Shown one piece after another: positions 26,399 through 36,804 of a stretch of DNA of 64,000 nucleotides (the stretch's first letter is position 1; each line of letters begins with the position of its first letter). Source of the stretch: a virus (lineage: Duplodnaviria > Caudoviricetes). The stretch covers positions 63,706 through 127,705 of the IMG/VR virus record IMGVR_UViG_2772190661_000001, one strand, 5' to 3'. Position numbers and translations under genes: made by a program. Under the pieces are notes generated by a model. That model was not told the origin of the DNA and searched no databases. It saw only the letters and a list, made by a program, of their open reading frames with translations.

Positions 26399-28348
26399 CT
26401 ACTGCTGATCCATGGTGGCGATCGCGAGACCGTTACCGAACGTGACCGACCACACCTGAGACCGCTCGGCATCCGACGGATCGGCCATGTCGGCCGCGAA
26501 GTCGTTGAGCGCGTAGGGGCCGCCGTTGATCGTGCGGATCTCGGCCTCCTCCGCGGGCGCGATCCACAGCGGACCCAGCCCGTCGCTGTTGCCCGCGTTC
26601 TTGTCCGCCGCCTCGCGGATCCGGAGCTTGAGGTGGCCGCCGGCCGTGCTCGCGGAGTCGACGACCATCAGGAACGGGCCGGGCCCGCTGTAGTCGGTGC
26701 CGGGCAGCTCCAGGTACGCGTCCGGGTCGTCCGGGTTGGCCTCCTTGACGGCCTGCACCACGCGCGGGTCGAGCGGCTCGCCCCGGTTGTTCCGCGGGCC
26801 GGTGCCGACCGGCGTGGCGCTGGGGGTGGCGGCGGGCGTGTTCGACGGAGCGCCGCTGGTCGGGCCGTTCTGCGGCGACCCGATCTTCTCGTCGCCACGG
26901 TTCCCGTAGGCGACATATCCGGCGCCCGCCGCGGCCAGCACCAGCAGGATCACCAGCGCGACCGGCCAGCGGCGCTTCTTCCTCGGCGGCGGACCGGCCG
27001 GCACCGCCGCGGCCCCGGTCGCCCTGCGCCCCGGCCTGCCCGGCACCTCGAACTGCGAGTACGGCCGCGTCGGCGCGAGCCCGTCGTCGGCCTGCGGGGC
27101 CCGCGACGGCACCGGCTGGGCCGGCGCACCGCGCGGGGGTGTCAACGGCGCCATAGTGACCGGCGGGGCGTGCAGCACGTTCGCCAGGCCCGGACCGGAC
27201 GGCGACGCCGGATAGGCCGGCGGCGCGGAGACCTGGCCCGCGAGCGCCGCGGCCACCTGCTCCCGCGTCACGCGCGCGGTCCGGTCCGCGTCCAGGCCAC
27301 CCACGGTCTCGGCCGTGACCGCGCCGTTCGCCACCGCCAGCTCCGGCTGCTCGATCACGGCCGGCGCCACGCTCAGCGCGCGGTGCAGCATGGACGCGAC
27401 CAGCGGCACCCGGCTCGCGCCGCCGACCAGCAGCACACCCTTCAGCGCGGACGCCTCCACGCCGGCCTCGCGCAGCACCAGGCGCGTGGTCGCCACCGTA
27501 CGGTCGATCACCGGCCGGGCCAGCGCCTCGAACTGCTCGCGGCCGAGCGGCGCCTCCACCTCCAGCAGCGGCAGGTGGATGTGGGTGGCCGAGGACCGGG
27601 ACAGCATCTCCTTGCCGGTACGCACGTCCGCCCACAGTGCACGCGAGGCCCGCCGGTCCGCCGCGTCGGCCGGCGCGGTCAGGCGCGCCCAGGCCGCCGG
27701 GTCCTTCGGCGCGTACACCGCGCCGAGGTGCGCGACGATCGCCGCGTCCAGGTCCAGGCCACCGCCGTCGGACAGCCCCGACGTGGCCAGCAGTGCGAAA
27801 CCGTCCCCGGTCCGCCGGATCACCGACGCGTCGTACGTGCCCGCGCCCAGGTCACAGACGACCACGCTGCCGCCGACCGGGATCGTGGTCCCGGCCGTGC
27901 TCGCGAAGTACGCCGCCGCCGCGACCGGCTCGCTGACCAGCCGCACGTTGCGCAGGCCCGCACGCGCCGCCGAGTCCAGCAGCACGTCCCGCCGCCGCTT
28001 GCCCCAGGCCGCCGGGTGCGTGATCGTCACCCGGTCCGGCGTGCCCTGCACCTGGTCCGCCACCCGCCGCAGCACGGCCGCGAACATGTCCGGCACCGCC
28101 ACCTCGACGCCCCCGAGCAGCACGGACTGCTCGTCGATGCGCTGCTTCGGGTACGGCTCATAGCTCTCCGGCGCCGTCCGGGCCGCGTGCGCCGCATCCG
28201 GCCCCACCAGCAGCCGGCCGCCCGGATCCGCACAGACCCCCGACGGCAGCGACGGCGCGCCGTCGAACAGCACCGGGCGTACCCCCAGCGGACCATCGAA
28301 CACTGCCACCGTGCTGGAGGTGCCGAAATCTATGCAGAGGTGCGTCAC
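26399..28348 (-). CDS. Hsp70-family ATPase with Pro-rich linker, TM helix and extracytoplasmic domain
   Basis: IDFGTSST, EPVAAA, DLGAGTYD, LVGGASRVP; KKRRWPVALVILLVLAAAG TM. Confidence 0.9.
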   Translation of the reverse strand: MTHLCIDFGTSSTVAVFDGPLGVRPVLFDGAPSLPSGVCADPGGRLLVGPDAAHAARTAPESYEPYPKQRIDEQSVLLGGVEVAVPDMFAAVLRRVADQVQGTPDRVTITHPAAWGKRRRDVLLDSAARAGLRNVRLVSEPVAAAAYFASTAGTTIPVGGSVVVCDLGAGTYDASVIRRTGDGFALLATSGLSDGGGLDLDAAIVAHLGAVYAPKDPAAWARLTAPADAADRRASRALWADVRTGKEMLSRSSATHIHLPLLEVEAPLGREQFEALARPVIDRTVATTRLVLREAGVEASALKGVLLVGGASRVPLVASMLHRALSVAPAVIEQPELAVANGAVTAETVGGLDADRTARVTREQVAAALAGQVSAPPAYPASPSGPGLANVLHAPPVTMAPLTPPRGAPAQPVPSRAPQADDGLAPTRPYSQFEVPGRPGRRATGAAAVPAGPPPRKKRRWPVALVILLVLAAAGAGYVAYGNRGDEKIGSPQNGPTSGAPSNTPAATPSATPVGTGPRNNRGEPLDPRVVQAVKEANPDDPDAYLELPGTDYSGPGPFLMVVDSASTAGGHLKLRIREAADKNAGNSDGLGPLWIAPAEEAEIRTINGGPYALNDFAADMADPSDAERSQVWSVTFGNGLAIATMDQQ

Positions 28349-28750
28349 CGAACCAAGATAGCGGCCCCTCGCCCCACGCGCGTCCCAGGTGGACCGCCCT
28401 CCCCGGCCGTCCCGCAGGTCCTGCACCCACGATCGACTCGTCGCTGACCTGCTGCGACGGCGGCAGCATCCAGCGGGCATGCCCTCGGTGATCGCGGACC
28501 GCCGGTCCGGCACGGTGTCCGCGGTGCCGTAGGCGTGGGTCGGCCTCGCCCGGTCCACCCCGTCAAGATCTTCAAGCACGGACCAGAGCCCTGACCAGGG
28601 GGTACGACATCCCGCCGCGCACCGGCACGCGCGGCAGCAAACGTGAGCGGCGGCGGGAGTCGCGTGCTCTTCGGTGACCAGCGGCGGCACCGGCTCCGAT
28701 CGGGGATCGGAAGCGGAGCGCCAGCGGAGTCTTCCGAACCCCGGAGGTTG

Positions 28751-28872
28751 GCCCGCGGGAGCAACGCTGCGGGACCACGCCGGAAGCGGGCACGTCGTGG
28801 GGTCCGGGGCTCGGGCCCCGGGGAAACACAGCGCCCGCGGGAGCAACGCTGCCGGACCACGCCGGAAGCGGG
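28751..28872. repeat. Two 40-bp direct repeats (1 mismatch) with a 42-bp spacer
   Basis: GCCCGCGGGAGCAACGCTGCSGGACCACGCCGGAAGCGGG at 28751-28790 and 28833-28872. Confidence 0.85.
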
Positions 28873-28880
28873 AAAGCGGC

Positions 28881-29228
28881 CTATCGGGTCTGGATCTTGC
28901 GGCCTCGGGCGCCCAATGGAATCTGAGCGGGGTCGACGGCGACCGAGGTCAGGTTCTTGTAGGCGTAGCCGCGGGAGGTCAGCCACTCGTCGGCGAGGAG
29001 TTCGGCGCGGGTGGCGGTGACGTCGAGGTCCTCGTCGTCGTCGGCCTCGACGAGGTAGCGGAACGTGAAGAACGGGCGGGCGGCCAGGTCGTAGGCGAGG
29101 TGGCCCTCGGGCGTGTAGGCCGTGGTGAGGAAGTCACGGCCGGCGGCGTCGGCGGTCAGGGCCGCGGTCTGCTCCGGGGTCAGTCGGTCGAAGGCGCCAC
29201 GCACGGTCACTCGGATGCCACGGCTCAT
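28881..29228 (-). CDS. DUF6204 family protein
   Basis: [10 protein letters not shown]...[22 protein letters not shown]. Confidence 0.8.
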   Translation of the reverse strand: MSRGIRVTVRGAFDRLTPEQTAALTADAAGRDFLTTAYTPEGHLAYDLAARPFFTFRYLVEADDDEDLDVTATRAELLADEWLTSRGYAYKNLTSVAVDPAQIPLGARGRKIQTR

Positions 29229-29282
29229 GGCGCGACCCTATCGAGCCCCGGAGGCCGGTCGCATCCGATTATCGTCGTCGGC

Positions 29283-29405
29283 ATGTCTGTGCTCGTGGCT
29301 TTCAGTGTGTCGCCGCTCGGAGCGGGCGAAGAGGTCGGGACGATCGTGGCGGAGGCGGTACGCGTGGTGCGCGCCTCCGGGCTGCCGAACCGGACCGACG
29401 CAATG
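29283..29405 (+). pseudogene. 5' fragment of an MTH1187/YkoF-like thiamine-binding protein, split by integration (attL near 29400-29410)
   Basis: [13 protein letters not shown]...[20 protein letters not shown], then loss of family similarity and a composition shift just before the integrase. Confidence 0.85.
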
Positions 29406-29451
29406 CCGCCTAAACTGCATCTCATGTTTCCCCAGATAGAGAGCGAATCGT

Positions 29452-30987
29452 GTGATGCGAAATCCCTCGGATTGGGCAGGTAGCACTGACAGCGGCTCTC
29501 CCAAGTACGCCGTGGCCTACATACGGGTGTCCCGGGTGGGCGGACGGGACGATGACCTCATCTCTCCGGAGTTGCAGCGATTCCAGATCGATGAGCTTGC
29601 CCGGCGCGAAGGGATCAAGATCGTCGAGGAGATGCAGGATCTAGACCGGTCCGGACGCGACTTCACCAAACGTCGCGTCGAGGAGATCATCGACGGAATC
29701 CGGAACGGCAAGTGGCAGTACGTCCTGCTCTGGAAGTGGTCCCGCTGGGGCCGCAACATGCGCCAGTCTCAGCTGTACCTGGGTCGGGCTGAGGACGCTG
29801 GCGGCGTCGTACGCGCAGCGACGGAGGATTTCGACCCGGGAACAACTATCGGCCGCTTCAGCCGAGACCAGATGCTGTCCTTCGCGCAACTGCAATCGGA
29901 CATGATCGGTGACAGTTGGCGTGATACCCAGGACCGTCGTCGCCGCAATGGCCTACCTCATAACGGTCGGCCTCGGTTCGGGTACGAGTACAGCCGGAAG
30001 ACCGGCTATACCCCTCATCCTGAAACCGGGCCACTGCTGGCGAGCTTCTATGAGCGGTATGTTGCCGGGGAGTCCTTCTACAAGCTCGTCCTGGAGTTGA
30101 ACCGCAGCGGCATCCAGCCGCCCCAGACGGATGTTTGGAGTCAGACGGCGCTCTCGGTTCTCATGGATACGGGTTTCGCGGCTGGGCTGATTCGAGAGAA
30201 GTCTTCCCAACAGCGTCGCCGTGAGGGCAAGGCCACCAGGCGCACGCTCGACTCGTACGATATCTGGCGCGTAGGCGCACATGAGCCGTTGATTTCAGAG
30301 CCGGTCTGGGTTCGGTATCTCGAACGCCGCAAGCAACAGGCGAAGCTTCCTCCGAGGTCTCGGTCGCCGAAGTACGCCTTGTCGTCTGTCATGCGGTGTG
30401 CACTGTGCGGAGCGTCGATGACAGTGATGCATGGAAGGAACGGGCGTCAGTGGTCGTGTTCGAAGGCACGAGCGTCCCGGCACCACGAGCCGAACTACAT
30501 TTCGGACGTCCGGGCAAGTCAAGAGGCTTTGGACTGGTTGTTGTCCAATGTGCCGGAGAAGTCTAGTGGGGCGGTAACGGAGGAGGCTCGTCGGCTGGAG
30601 CGAGGTCGTGTGGCACGTGACCGCGTGGCCCGGCTGTCCGAGCAGGACAAGAAGATCAAGGGGCGGCGAGCGAAGCTGATCGACCTGTACTCCGATGATT
30701 TGGTGACGCGCGAGGAGTTTGAGGAGAGGCGTGCATCGCTTCTGGTGGAGTTGGAGGTGGTGCAGGCTGCCCTCGCTGAGGCGCGAGAGGATGAGCGGCG
30801 TTCGGGGGTAAGTTATGTCCGGGCCTTTTCGACACTGGCTCAGGAGTGGGATCTTTGGGAACCGGATAAGCGGCGGGAGGCATTGCTTCAGTTGGTGGGT
30901 AGTGTGACGGTTCTCCCGAAGAGTGCGAACGAATCTAAGCGACTCGTCGTTGTTCCAATATGGGATAGAACCGGCGAGGTGGGATAG
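29452..30987 (+). CDS. Large serine recombinase (integrase)
   Basis: AYIRVS catalytic Ser, D..SG, SRWGR, recombinase domain, CALCG...C zinc ribbon, coiled coil. Confidence 0.95.
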   Translation: MMRNPSDWAGSTDSGSPKYAVAYIRVSRVGGRDDDLISPELQRFQIDELARREGIKIVEEMQDLDRSGRDFTKRRVEEIIDGIRNGKWQYVLLWKWSRWGRNMRQSQLYLGRAEDAGGVVRAATEDFDPGTTIGRFSRDQMLSFAQLQSDMIGDSWRDTQDRRRRNGLPHNGRPRFGYEYSRKTGYTPHPETGPLLASFYERYVAGESFYKLVLELNRSGIQPPQTDVWSQTALSVLMDTGFAAGLIREKSSQQRRREGKATRRTLDSYDIWRVGAHEPLISEPVWVRYLERRKQQAKLPPRSRSPKYALSSVMRCALCGASMTVMHGRNGRQWSCSKARASRHHEPNYISDVRASQEALDWLLSNVPEKSSGAVTEEARRLERGRVARDRVARLSEQDKKIKGRRAKLIDLYSDDLVTREEFEERRASLLVELEVVQAALAEAREDERRSGVSYVRAFSTLAQEWDLWEPDKRREALLQLVGSVTVLPKSANESKRLVVVPIWDRTGEVG

Positions 30988-31028
30988 TTATTCCAATTTG
31001 CCGCCACGATATCTGTGACCGATGCCGT

Positions 31029-31262
31029 TCAGGCGGCGTCGGCGCCCCTGCGGCGCGTCGCCAAATTCTGGGCAGCATGAGCCTCGCGTAAGCAGGTCTC
31101 TAGGTGGGCATGAGCGGCGATTCTCCAGAAATCGGCTACAGCCTGCTCCCGGGTCTTGTGGGGATTTTTCGGATCGGCGCGGCCTGCGTCAGGCAGGGCT
31201 CGCCGTCGGCGATCTTCTCCAGATGGCCGGCTGGAACGGTTCGACTTTGCGTCCTTCAACAT
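31029..31262 (-). CDS. Small basic protein convergent on the integrase (possible RDF)
   Basis: Position and size only. Confidence 0.3.
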   Translation of the reverse strand: MLKDAKSNRSSRPSGEDRRRRALPDAGRADPKNPHKTREQAVADFWRIAAHAHLETCLREAHAAQNLATRRRGADAA

Positions 31263-32966
31263 GGGCGACTCTTTGAATTTGGAACACTTGGTCATTTGAT
31301 TTCGGCGCGTCCTCAACCCTCCGAGCAGGGTGTTGACCTGAAAGTACGCGTAGTGCAGTTTGATTCCCCAATTTCAATTGTTTGGTAAGGCGCCCTACGG
31401 CATCTCCGGCGTTTTCCTCGCCATGGCACGGTCCGCAGGGGCCCCTATGCCCGTCGAGTCGTCCCGGGCATCATGCCTAGAGCCTCCTAGGAGGCTAGTC
31501 CACTATCTTTCTCCACCCCCGCAGCAAGCCTCAGTTCCACGCCGCTATACACCGAGCTAAACACAGGGCCACAAAAGAAGACCAGCGGTGCAAATCAAAT
31601 GGAACGAATTTTGGTTCCCGCCTCCGGCCCGTGGTAAATGGATAGATGGCGGACAAGCGCGCCATCTGGGCTACCTTTCGCAGTTCAGCCGCTCCGTCTA
31701 TCGGGGACGTCAACCGCGGCCCGCTCGAGATCACCGCCCGGATCCGGCACGAGGTGGTAGTCAGTCGACTTTTACCGGCAGAAGAAACGTACGGCGGTCT
31801 GGCGCAAGCAGACCGAGCGCCTGCCGGATGATGTCGGATTTGGCAGGTCGGGATCGCGCAGGGCGGTCCGGAGCTGGTGGCCCGTTGGCGCGCGGGGTTC
31901 TTGGTCTCGATGACCGCACGTCACTCACCTGGGCGAGGTGCCGCCGGGCGTGTCTGCGGCTGGGTGAGACTGGGGCGGAGGGTGGTTACCACCGCCTCGA
32001 CTACGTCCAGCGGATGAGCCTGGCCGTCTGGTACGACACGTCAGAGGTGCCGGCCCTCGGGGACCTGGAGCGCTGGGTCCGCCTGCGATAGAAGCTGGCG
32101 TCGGCTTCCGTATCTCGGCTCAGACACCGGGCGGAGCATCCTGATGGCCCCAGCCCTGCGGCGCCCGGACGGACCGAACGTCAAGAAAGGATGTGCCGCC
32201 TTGGCCGCGCTCACGGGCCTTCTCGCCGGTGCCACTGGCGCGATCACCGCCTGGCTGCCCGACAACCTTGGTAGCTGATCTCGATGCCGGGCGAGTCCAT
32301 CGTGATCAAGGGCCTCGCCCGTGGGCCGCCGTCACCGCTCTTCGACTCGACGTGGGCGAGGAGCACCAGGGTGATCACCGTGGCGATGAGCCCGATCGCG
32401 CGGCCGTGCCGAGCAGCGCGGCGGGGAGGGGGAACTCACGGTTGAGCAGGTCGGTGAAGGCTCCGAAGAGCAGCCCGCGCACGGCAAGCAGCGGCGCGCA
32501 CCGTACGAGCGCGGCGATCGCCAGCACGGTCTCCCACGGCCTTCTGACCACCTCGCCGTGGCCGTCGACCCGCCGCATGATCTCGGCAGCGTCGGCGCGG
32601 CCGCCCCATCGCACCCGGTCAGGTAGCCGACCTCAGCGAGCGTCGGCGGGACCGCCCGGCGACGTATAGGCGTAGGCGAGATGTCCACCGACGTATGTTG
32701 TGCACCTCGCCGCCTGCCGACCCGCGGCCACCACGCGGCCTCCCACAGATGGGCCAACTGGGACACGAAAGCGGCATCCCGCAGGGACGCCGTCTGCAGG
32801 GCGTTACGCACCGCGTCGATGCGGTCTTGCCTACTGCCGTCCCCCCACCTGCGCCCGCCTTGGGGTCAGCGGTGCGGATGTGAAAGCCATCGGGTGAATG
32901 GGCAGTACATCCGATCAATCGTTTATGTCGGATTTACGATAGAAGACCGTAGTATCACCGGCGATC

Positions 32967-35900
32967 ATGGGAGGTACTGCGGAAATGCCGCGGATTACAC
33001 ATGCCGACATATCGGCATCCACCAGAAAGCTGCTGCCCCCCAGCAGCCGCCGGCGCTTCGCGATGTCGATCGCCGCGCTGACATCAGCGGCCCTGCTCGC
33101 CACGCTGCTGGCAACACCTGCGCGCGCGACGGTCACCCAGGTGTTCCCGACGCCGGCTTCGGAGCCGCAACTCGAGGCCGGCATCGCGGAGACTGTCACT
33201 GGCTCCGGAGATCTCCCCGGCACGGGCACTTATGACTGGTCCGGCGGCGTGACTGTCGTCAAGGGCGCGGCATACGTGATCGACCGAGGCCGCATCGCGC
33301 GCGTGAATCTCACTTCCGGGCAGGTCACGACAACGGCGGGCGTCGCCGCCCAGGAAGACTGCCGCGACGCCGCCACGGGCGCGGATGTCCGGTTCTACAA
33401 CCAGGGCGAATTCCGCATGGCCGGCACCGACGGCACATTCATCTACACCGTCGGCTACTGCGGCCTGCAGCGTGTCGATCCCGACACCGGCGCGACCGTC
33501 ACCTTCCCCCAGTACTACAAGCACGCCTCGGTGGCCGGGCGTTACCTCTACGCGGTCAACAACTCTGGTCAGCTTTTCCAGCACGACCTTCAGGACTTCC
33601 CCAACCGGCGCCAGATCGGCCAGGTCAACGCGATCACCCCCATCGCGGCGGACAACGACAGCGTCTGGTACTCCCAAGGCACCCTGCTGCGCCGCGTCGA
33701 CATCGCCACCGGCGAGGACGTCACCGTCACCACCCGCACGGGGCTGCCGGGCCAGGTACACCGCATCCAGACAATCGGCGGTTACCTCTACGCCGCTGTC
33801 ATGCAGTCTTACGCTGGCCTGTACCAGCTGGTCCGAATCTCGAAGACCGACGGCGAACCCCAGCAGATCGAGGGCGGCAACGAGGGCCAGCGCGGCTTCA
33901 ACTTCACTAAGATCACCGGTATCGCCGCCGACGGCCAGAAGCTTTACCTCGTCGACAGCGCGCCCACGGCCACCCACCTCAAGACGATCACGCCTACCGG
34001 AGTGCGTACCTTCGCCAACATCTCGGGCCCGCAGCTCGGTGCCGGTATCGCGGAAACCCTCACCCGCTCCGGAGACCTCGCCGGCACCGAGACCTGGGAA
34101 TCATCCGGTGGCGTGGCCGTGGCCGGCGGCGCCGCCTACGTCATCGACCGCCACCGCCTCGCGCGGGTCAACCTGACCACCGGCGAGGTCACCACCGCCG
34201 CCGGATCGGCTGCTGAGCAAGGCTGCCGAGACAGCGCCACTGGTGGCGACGTGCGGCTCACCAACGCGCAGGAACTCCGCATGGCCGGCACCGACGGCGC
34301 CTACATCTACCTCACCGGCCCGTGCGGGCTCCACCGCGTCGACCCGGGGACCGGAGCCACCAGCACCTTCGCCGGCGGCTACCGGTACGCGACCGTAGCC
34401 GGGCACTACCTGTATGGCATGACCACCCGGAACGAACTCTTCCAACACGACCTACGACACATCGCCAACCGCCGCCGCCTCAGCACCGGCTTCCCGATCA
34501 CCGCGATCACCGCGGACACCGACAGCATCTGGTACCTGCTAGCCGACGGCCTCCACCGCCTCAACATCGCCACCGGCCAGGACGTAACCATCCCGTCCGC
34601 GTTCCCCGGCGGGCTGAACCGCCTGCAGTCGATCGGCGACTACCTCTACGCCAACCTGCACTTCGCCCGCGACTCCTCCAGCCCGCACCAGCTCGTCCGG
34701 ATCGCCAAAGCCGACGGCAAGGTGCAGCACATCGATGGCGGCGACCGAGGCCAGGACGGCTTCAACTTCAACAAGATCGCCGGCATTGCCGCCGACGGCC
34801 GCAAGCTTTACATCGTCGACAGCCAGCCGACGGTCACGCATCTGAAGGTCATCACGCCCACCGATATCCGCACCTTCGCGCCCCCGGCCGCAGGGCCTGA
34901 GCTCGACGCAGCGGTCGTGTCCACCGTGGGAGGGATTTCACTACTGCCGTCTCCATACCTGTCGCTGCAGACCGGCGGTATCGCCATGCTCGGTAAAAGC
35001 GTGGTCGCCATCGACGGCCGCCGGGTAGTCCGGGTAGACCCCGCCACCGGCGCGGTGACACCAATTGCCGGCGACCAAGCAGCCACCGGCTGCACCAATA
35101 GTTCCACCGGCTCCGCCGTCCGGTTCGGAAGCCACTTCCTCAGAATGATGGGCACCGACGGCGTCTACATCTACATCGTCGACACCGAATGCGGGCCCCG
35201 CAGAATCGACTCCACCACCGGTGCCACCACCTACATCGCACCCGACAGGTACGACTACGGAACGGTAGCCGGCGAGTTCCTGTACGCGATCTCAAACAGC
35301 GGAACGATCTACCGGCACGACCTACGCAGCCCCAATCAGCGCACCGAGATCGGCACGACGCCCTATCCCGGACCGATCGCCGCTGACAGCGAATACGTCT
35401 GGCATCTGGACGGCCGTGGCGGCACGCTCTACAGCATCGCCCTCGACACCCTCCGGGCGCAGACCACTGCCGCCAGGCTTCCCGTCTGCAGGGGATACTG
35501 GGCCTGCGACGGACCTGGCAGATACCGGCCGCCCTCTGTCCTCGTCTCGGCAGGAAACTCGCTGTACGCAGGAATCAGAAGTGCATCCGCCCCCTATGGC
35601 TTCACCACTCTCGTCGAGATTGGCAAGAGCAGCCTAATCGTCAATGAGGTTGCCGGCACTCAACAGTCCGTGCAGCAAGATGGAGGCGCAGACCACGCCG
35701 GCTTCTCCAGCATTGTTGGCCTAACTACTGCGGGCGACACCCTACTGATTGCCGACTCCACTGAAGCCAAGACAGTGATCCGGCGCGCACAGGATCCGTT
35801 CACTGCAATCGATCGCCTTTTAACTCCTCCAACCAACTCGGTACCGAAAGCCGGCACACGGTCCATCGATATAGGCGGCCCTACCCAGCCAGATGCCCCG

Positions 35901-36803
35901 ATGAATTCCATCGACATCAGGAACAACTACACCCTGGTACCCGAGGGAAATCCGATGGATTTGATACCGGAGGGCTTCGAGGCGGCGTACGTACCCGGCC
36001 CCTCCGGCAAGGTTCTGACATGGGACCCGCAAACACAGCTCTGCACCTCCAATTGCGGCGAAATATACACTTTGTCGCACCGCCTCTACGAGAATGAGGG
36101 CGGGGGCTACACTTGGTGGCACGCCCTGCGCAGCGAAATAACCGGACGGACGCCGGAATATTTCGAGGCCGATCTTGTCAAGACTATTGTCGACTGGCAG
36201 CGAATATTCAATCTTGACGGGACCGTCAGGAAAGACTTCACCGCATCCTACATCGAGGCATATTGCGTCGAGAATGCCAGGGACATCAACGACTGCGACA
36301 CGGCCAAGACAGAGTCCGCCGCGGAGACCGTACTCAAGTATGTTGACATAACGACGTCCATCCTGCAATTTCTGCACACCCTCCCAGGTGGGCGCCAACC
36401 GATGCTCAACGAAGAGCAGCTCGCCATGAAGTTCCGGCTCCAAGGATTGGCCGCCAAGGCCTGCAGATCGGTACCGCGCGGATCGCTGTCCAAATCAGCC
36501 TGGGGTGAACTCGTTCACGAAGAGTTCGAGGACCTCGTGCAGATTGCCAGAAAGACAAACCCTAAGTTGTTCGGCGAAACCGCCTACTTCAGCGGTAAAG
36601 GGATTCCCAAACCACCAGGCCCCCGCCAGTACGACCACAGGTATCCAGATGCCATATTCGGTGCCACGGAGGACACGCCAGAGGTTGTGTTTGATCTGAA
36701 ATCCGGCCTTGGGCTTATCCGCAGGGAGTGGGTCAGGGACCTGTTCAGGGAGTTGCCGTTCGGATTCGACGACATTCCCGTGGTAAGACTCTACTGCCCG
36801 TAA
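32967..36803 (+). CDS. Secreted triple beta-propeller protein with C-terminal PD-(D/E)XK-like toxin domain
   Basis: SRRRF + hydrophobic + ARA signal; three ~290-aa repeats; C-terminal WGELVH...E...YPDAIFG...VFDLKSG. Confidence 0.8.
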   Translation: MGGTAEMPRITHADISASTRKLLPPSSRRRFAMSIAALTSAALLATLLATPARATVTQVFPTPASEPQLEAGIAETVTGSGDLPGTGTYDWSGGVTVVKGAAYVIDRGRIARVNLTSGQVTTTAGVAAQEDCRDAATGADVRFYNQGEFRMAGTDGTFIYTVGYCGLQRVDPDTGATVTFPQYYKHASVAGRYLYAVNNSGQLFQHDLQDFPNRRQIGQVNAITPIAADNDSVWYSQGTLLRRVDIATGEDVTVTTRTGLPGQVHRIQTIGGYLYAAVMQSYAGLYQLVRISKTDGEPQQIEGGNEGQRGFNFTKITGIAADGQKLYLVDSAPTATHLKTITPTGVRTFANISGPQLGAGIAETLTRSGDLAGTETWESSGGVAVAGGAAYVIDRHRLARVNLTTGEVTTAAGSAAEQGCRDSATGGDVRLTNAQELRMAGTDGAYIYLTGPCGLHRVDPGTGATSTFAGGYRYATVAGHYLYGMTTRNELFQHDLRHIANRRRLSTGFPITAITADTDSIWYLLADGLHRLNIATGQDVTIPSAFPGGLNRLQSIGDYLYANLHFARDSSSPHQLVRIAKADGKVQHIDGGDRGQDGFNFNKIAGIAADGRKLYIVDSQPTVTHLKVITPTDIRTFAPPAAGPELDAAVVSTVGGISLLPSPYLSLQTGGIAMLGKSVVAIDGRRVVRVDPATGAVTPIAGDQAATGCTNSSTGSAVRFGSHFLRMMGTDGVYIYIVDTECGPRRIDSTTGATTYIAPDRYDYGTVAGEFLYAISNSGTIYRHDLRSPNQRTEIGTTPYPGPIAADSEYVWHLDGRGGTLYSIALDTLRAQTTAARLPVCRGYWACDGPGRYRPPSVLVSAGNSLYAGIRSASAPYGFTTLVEIGKSSLIVNEVAGTQQSVQQDGGADHAGFSSIVGLTTAGDTLLIADSTEAKTVIRRAQDPFTAIDRLLTPPTNSVPKAGTRSIDIGGPTQPDAPMNSIDIRNNYTLVPEGNPMDLIPEGFEAAYVPGPSGKVLTWDPQTQLCTSNCGEIYTLSHRLYENEGGGYTWWHALRSEITGRTPEYFEADLVKTIVDWQRIFNLDGTVRKDFTASYIEAYCVENARDINDCDTAKTESAAETVLKYVDITTSILQFLHTLPGGRQPMLNEEQLAMKFRLQGLAAKACRSVPRGSLSKSAWGELVHEEFEDLVQIARKTNPKLFGETAYFSGKGIPKPPGPRQYDHRYPDAIFGATEDTPEVVFDLKSGLGLIRREWVRDLFRELPFGFDDIPVVRLYCP

Positions 36804-36804
36804 C

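Noticed and set aside
28751-28872. CRISPR array
   Set aside because: Only two repeats, no cas genes or AT-rich leader in the window, and no match to a CRISPR repeat I recognise
29452-30987. Serine integrase as the integrase of the left prophage
   Set aside because: Separated from the phage by host-type genes and sits at its own disrupted target gene, so it belongs to the right-hand element
31400-32900. Protein-coding genes between the integrase and the toxin
   Set aside because: ORFs lack motifs and typical codon bias; probably decayed fragments
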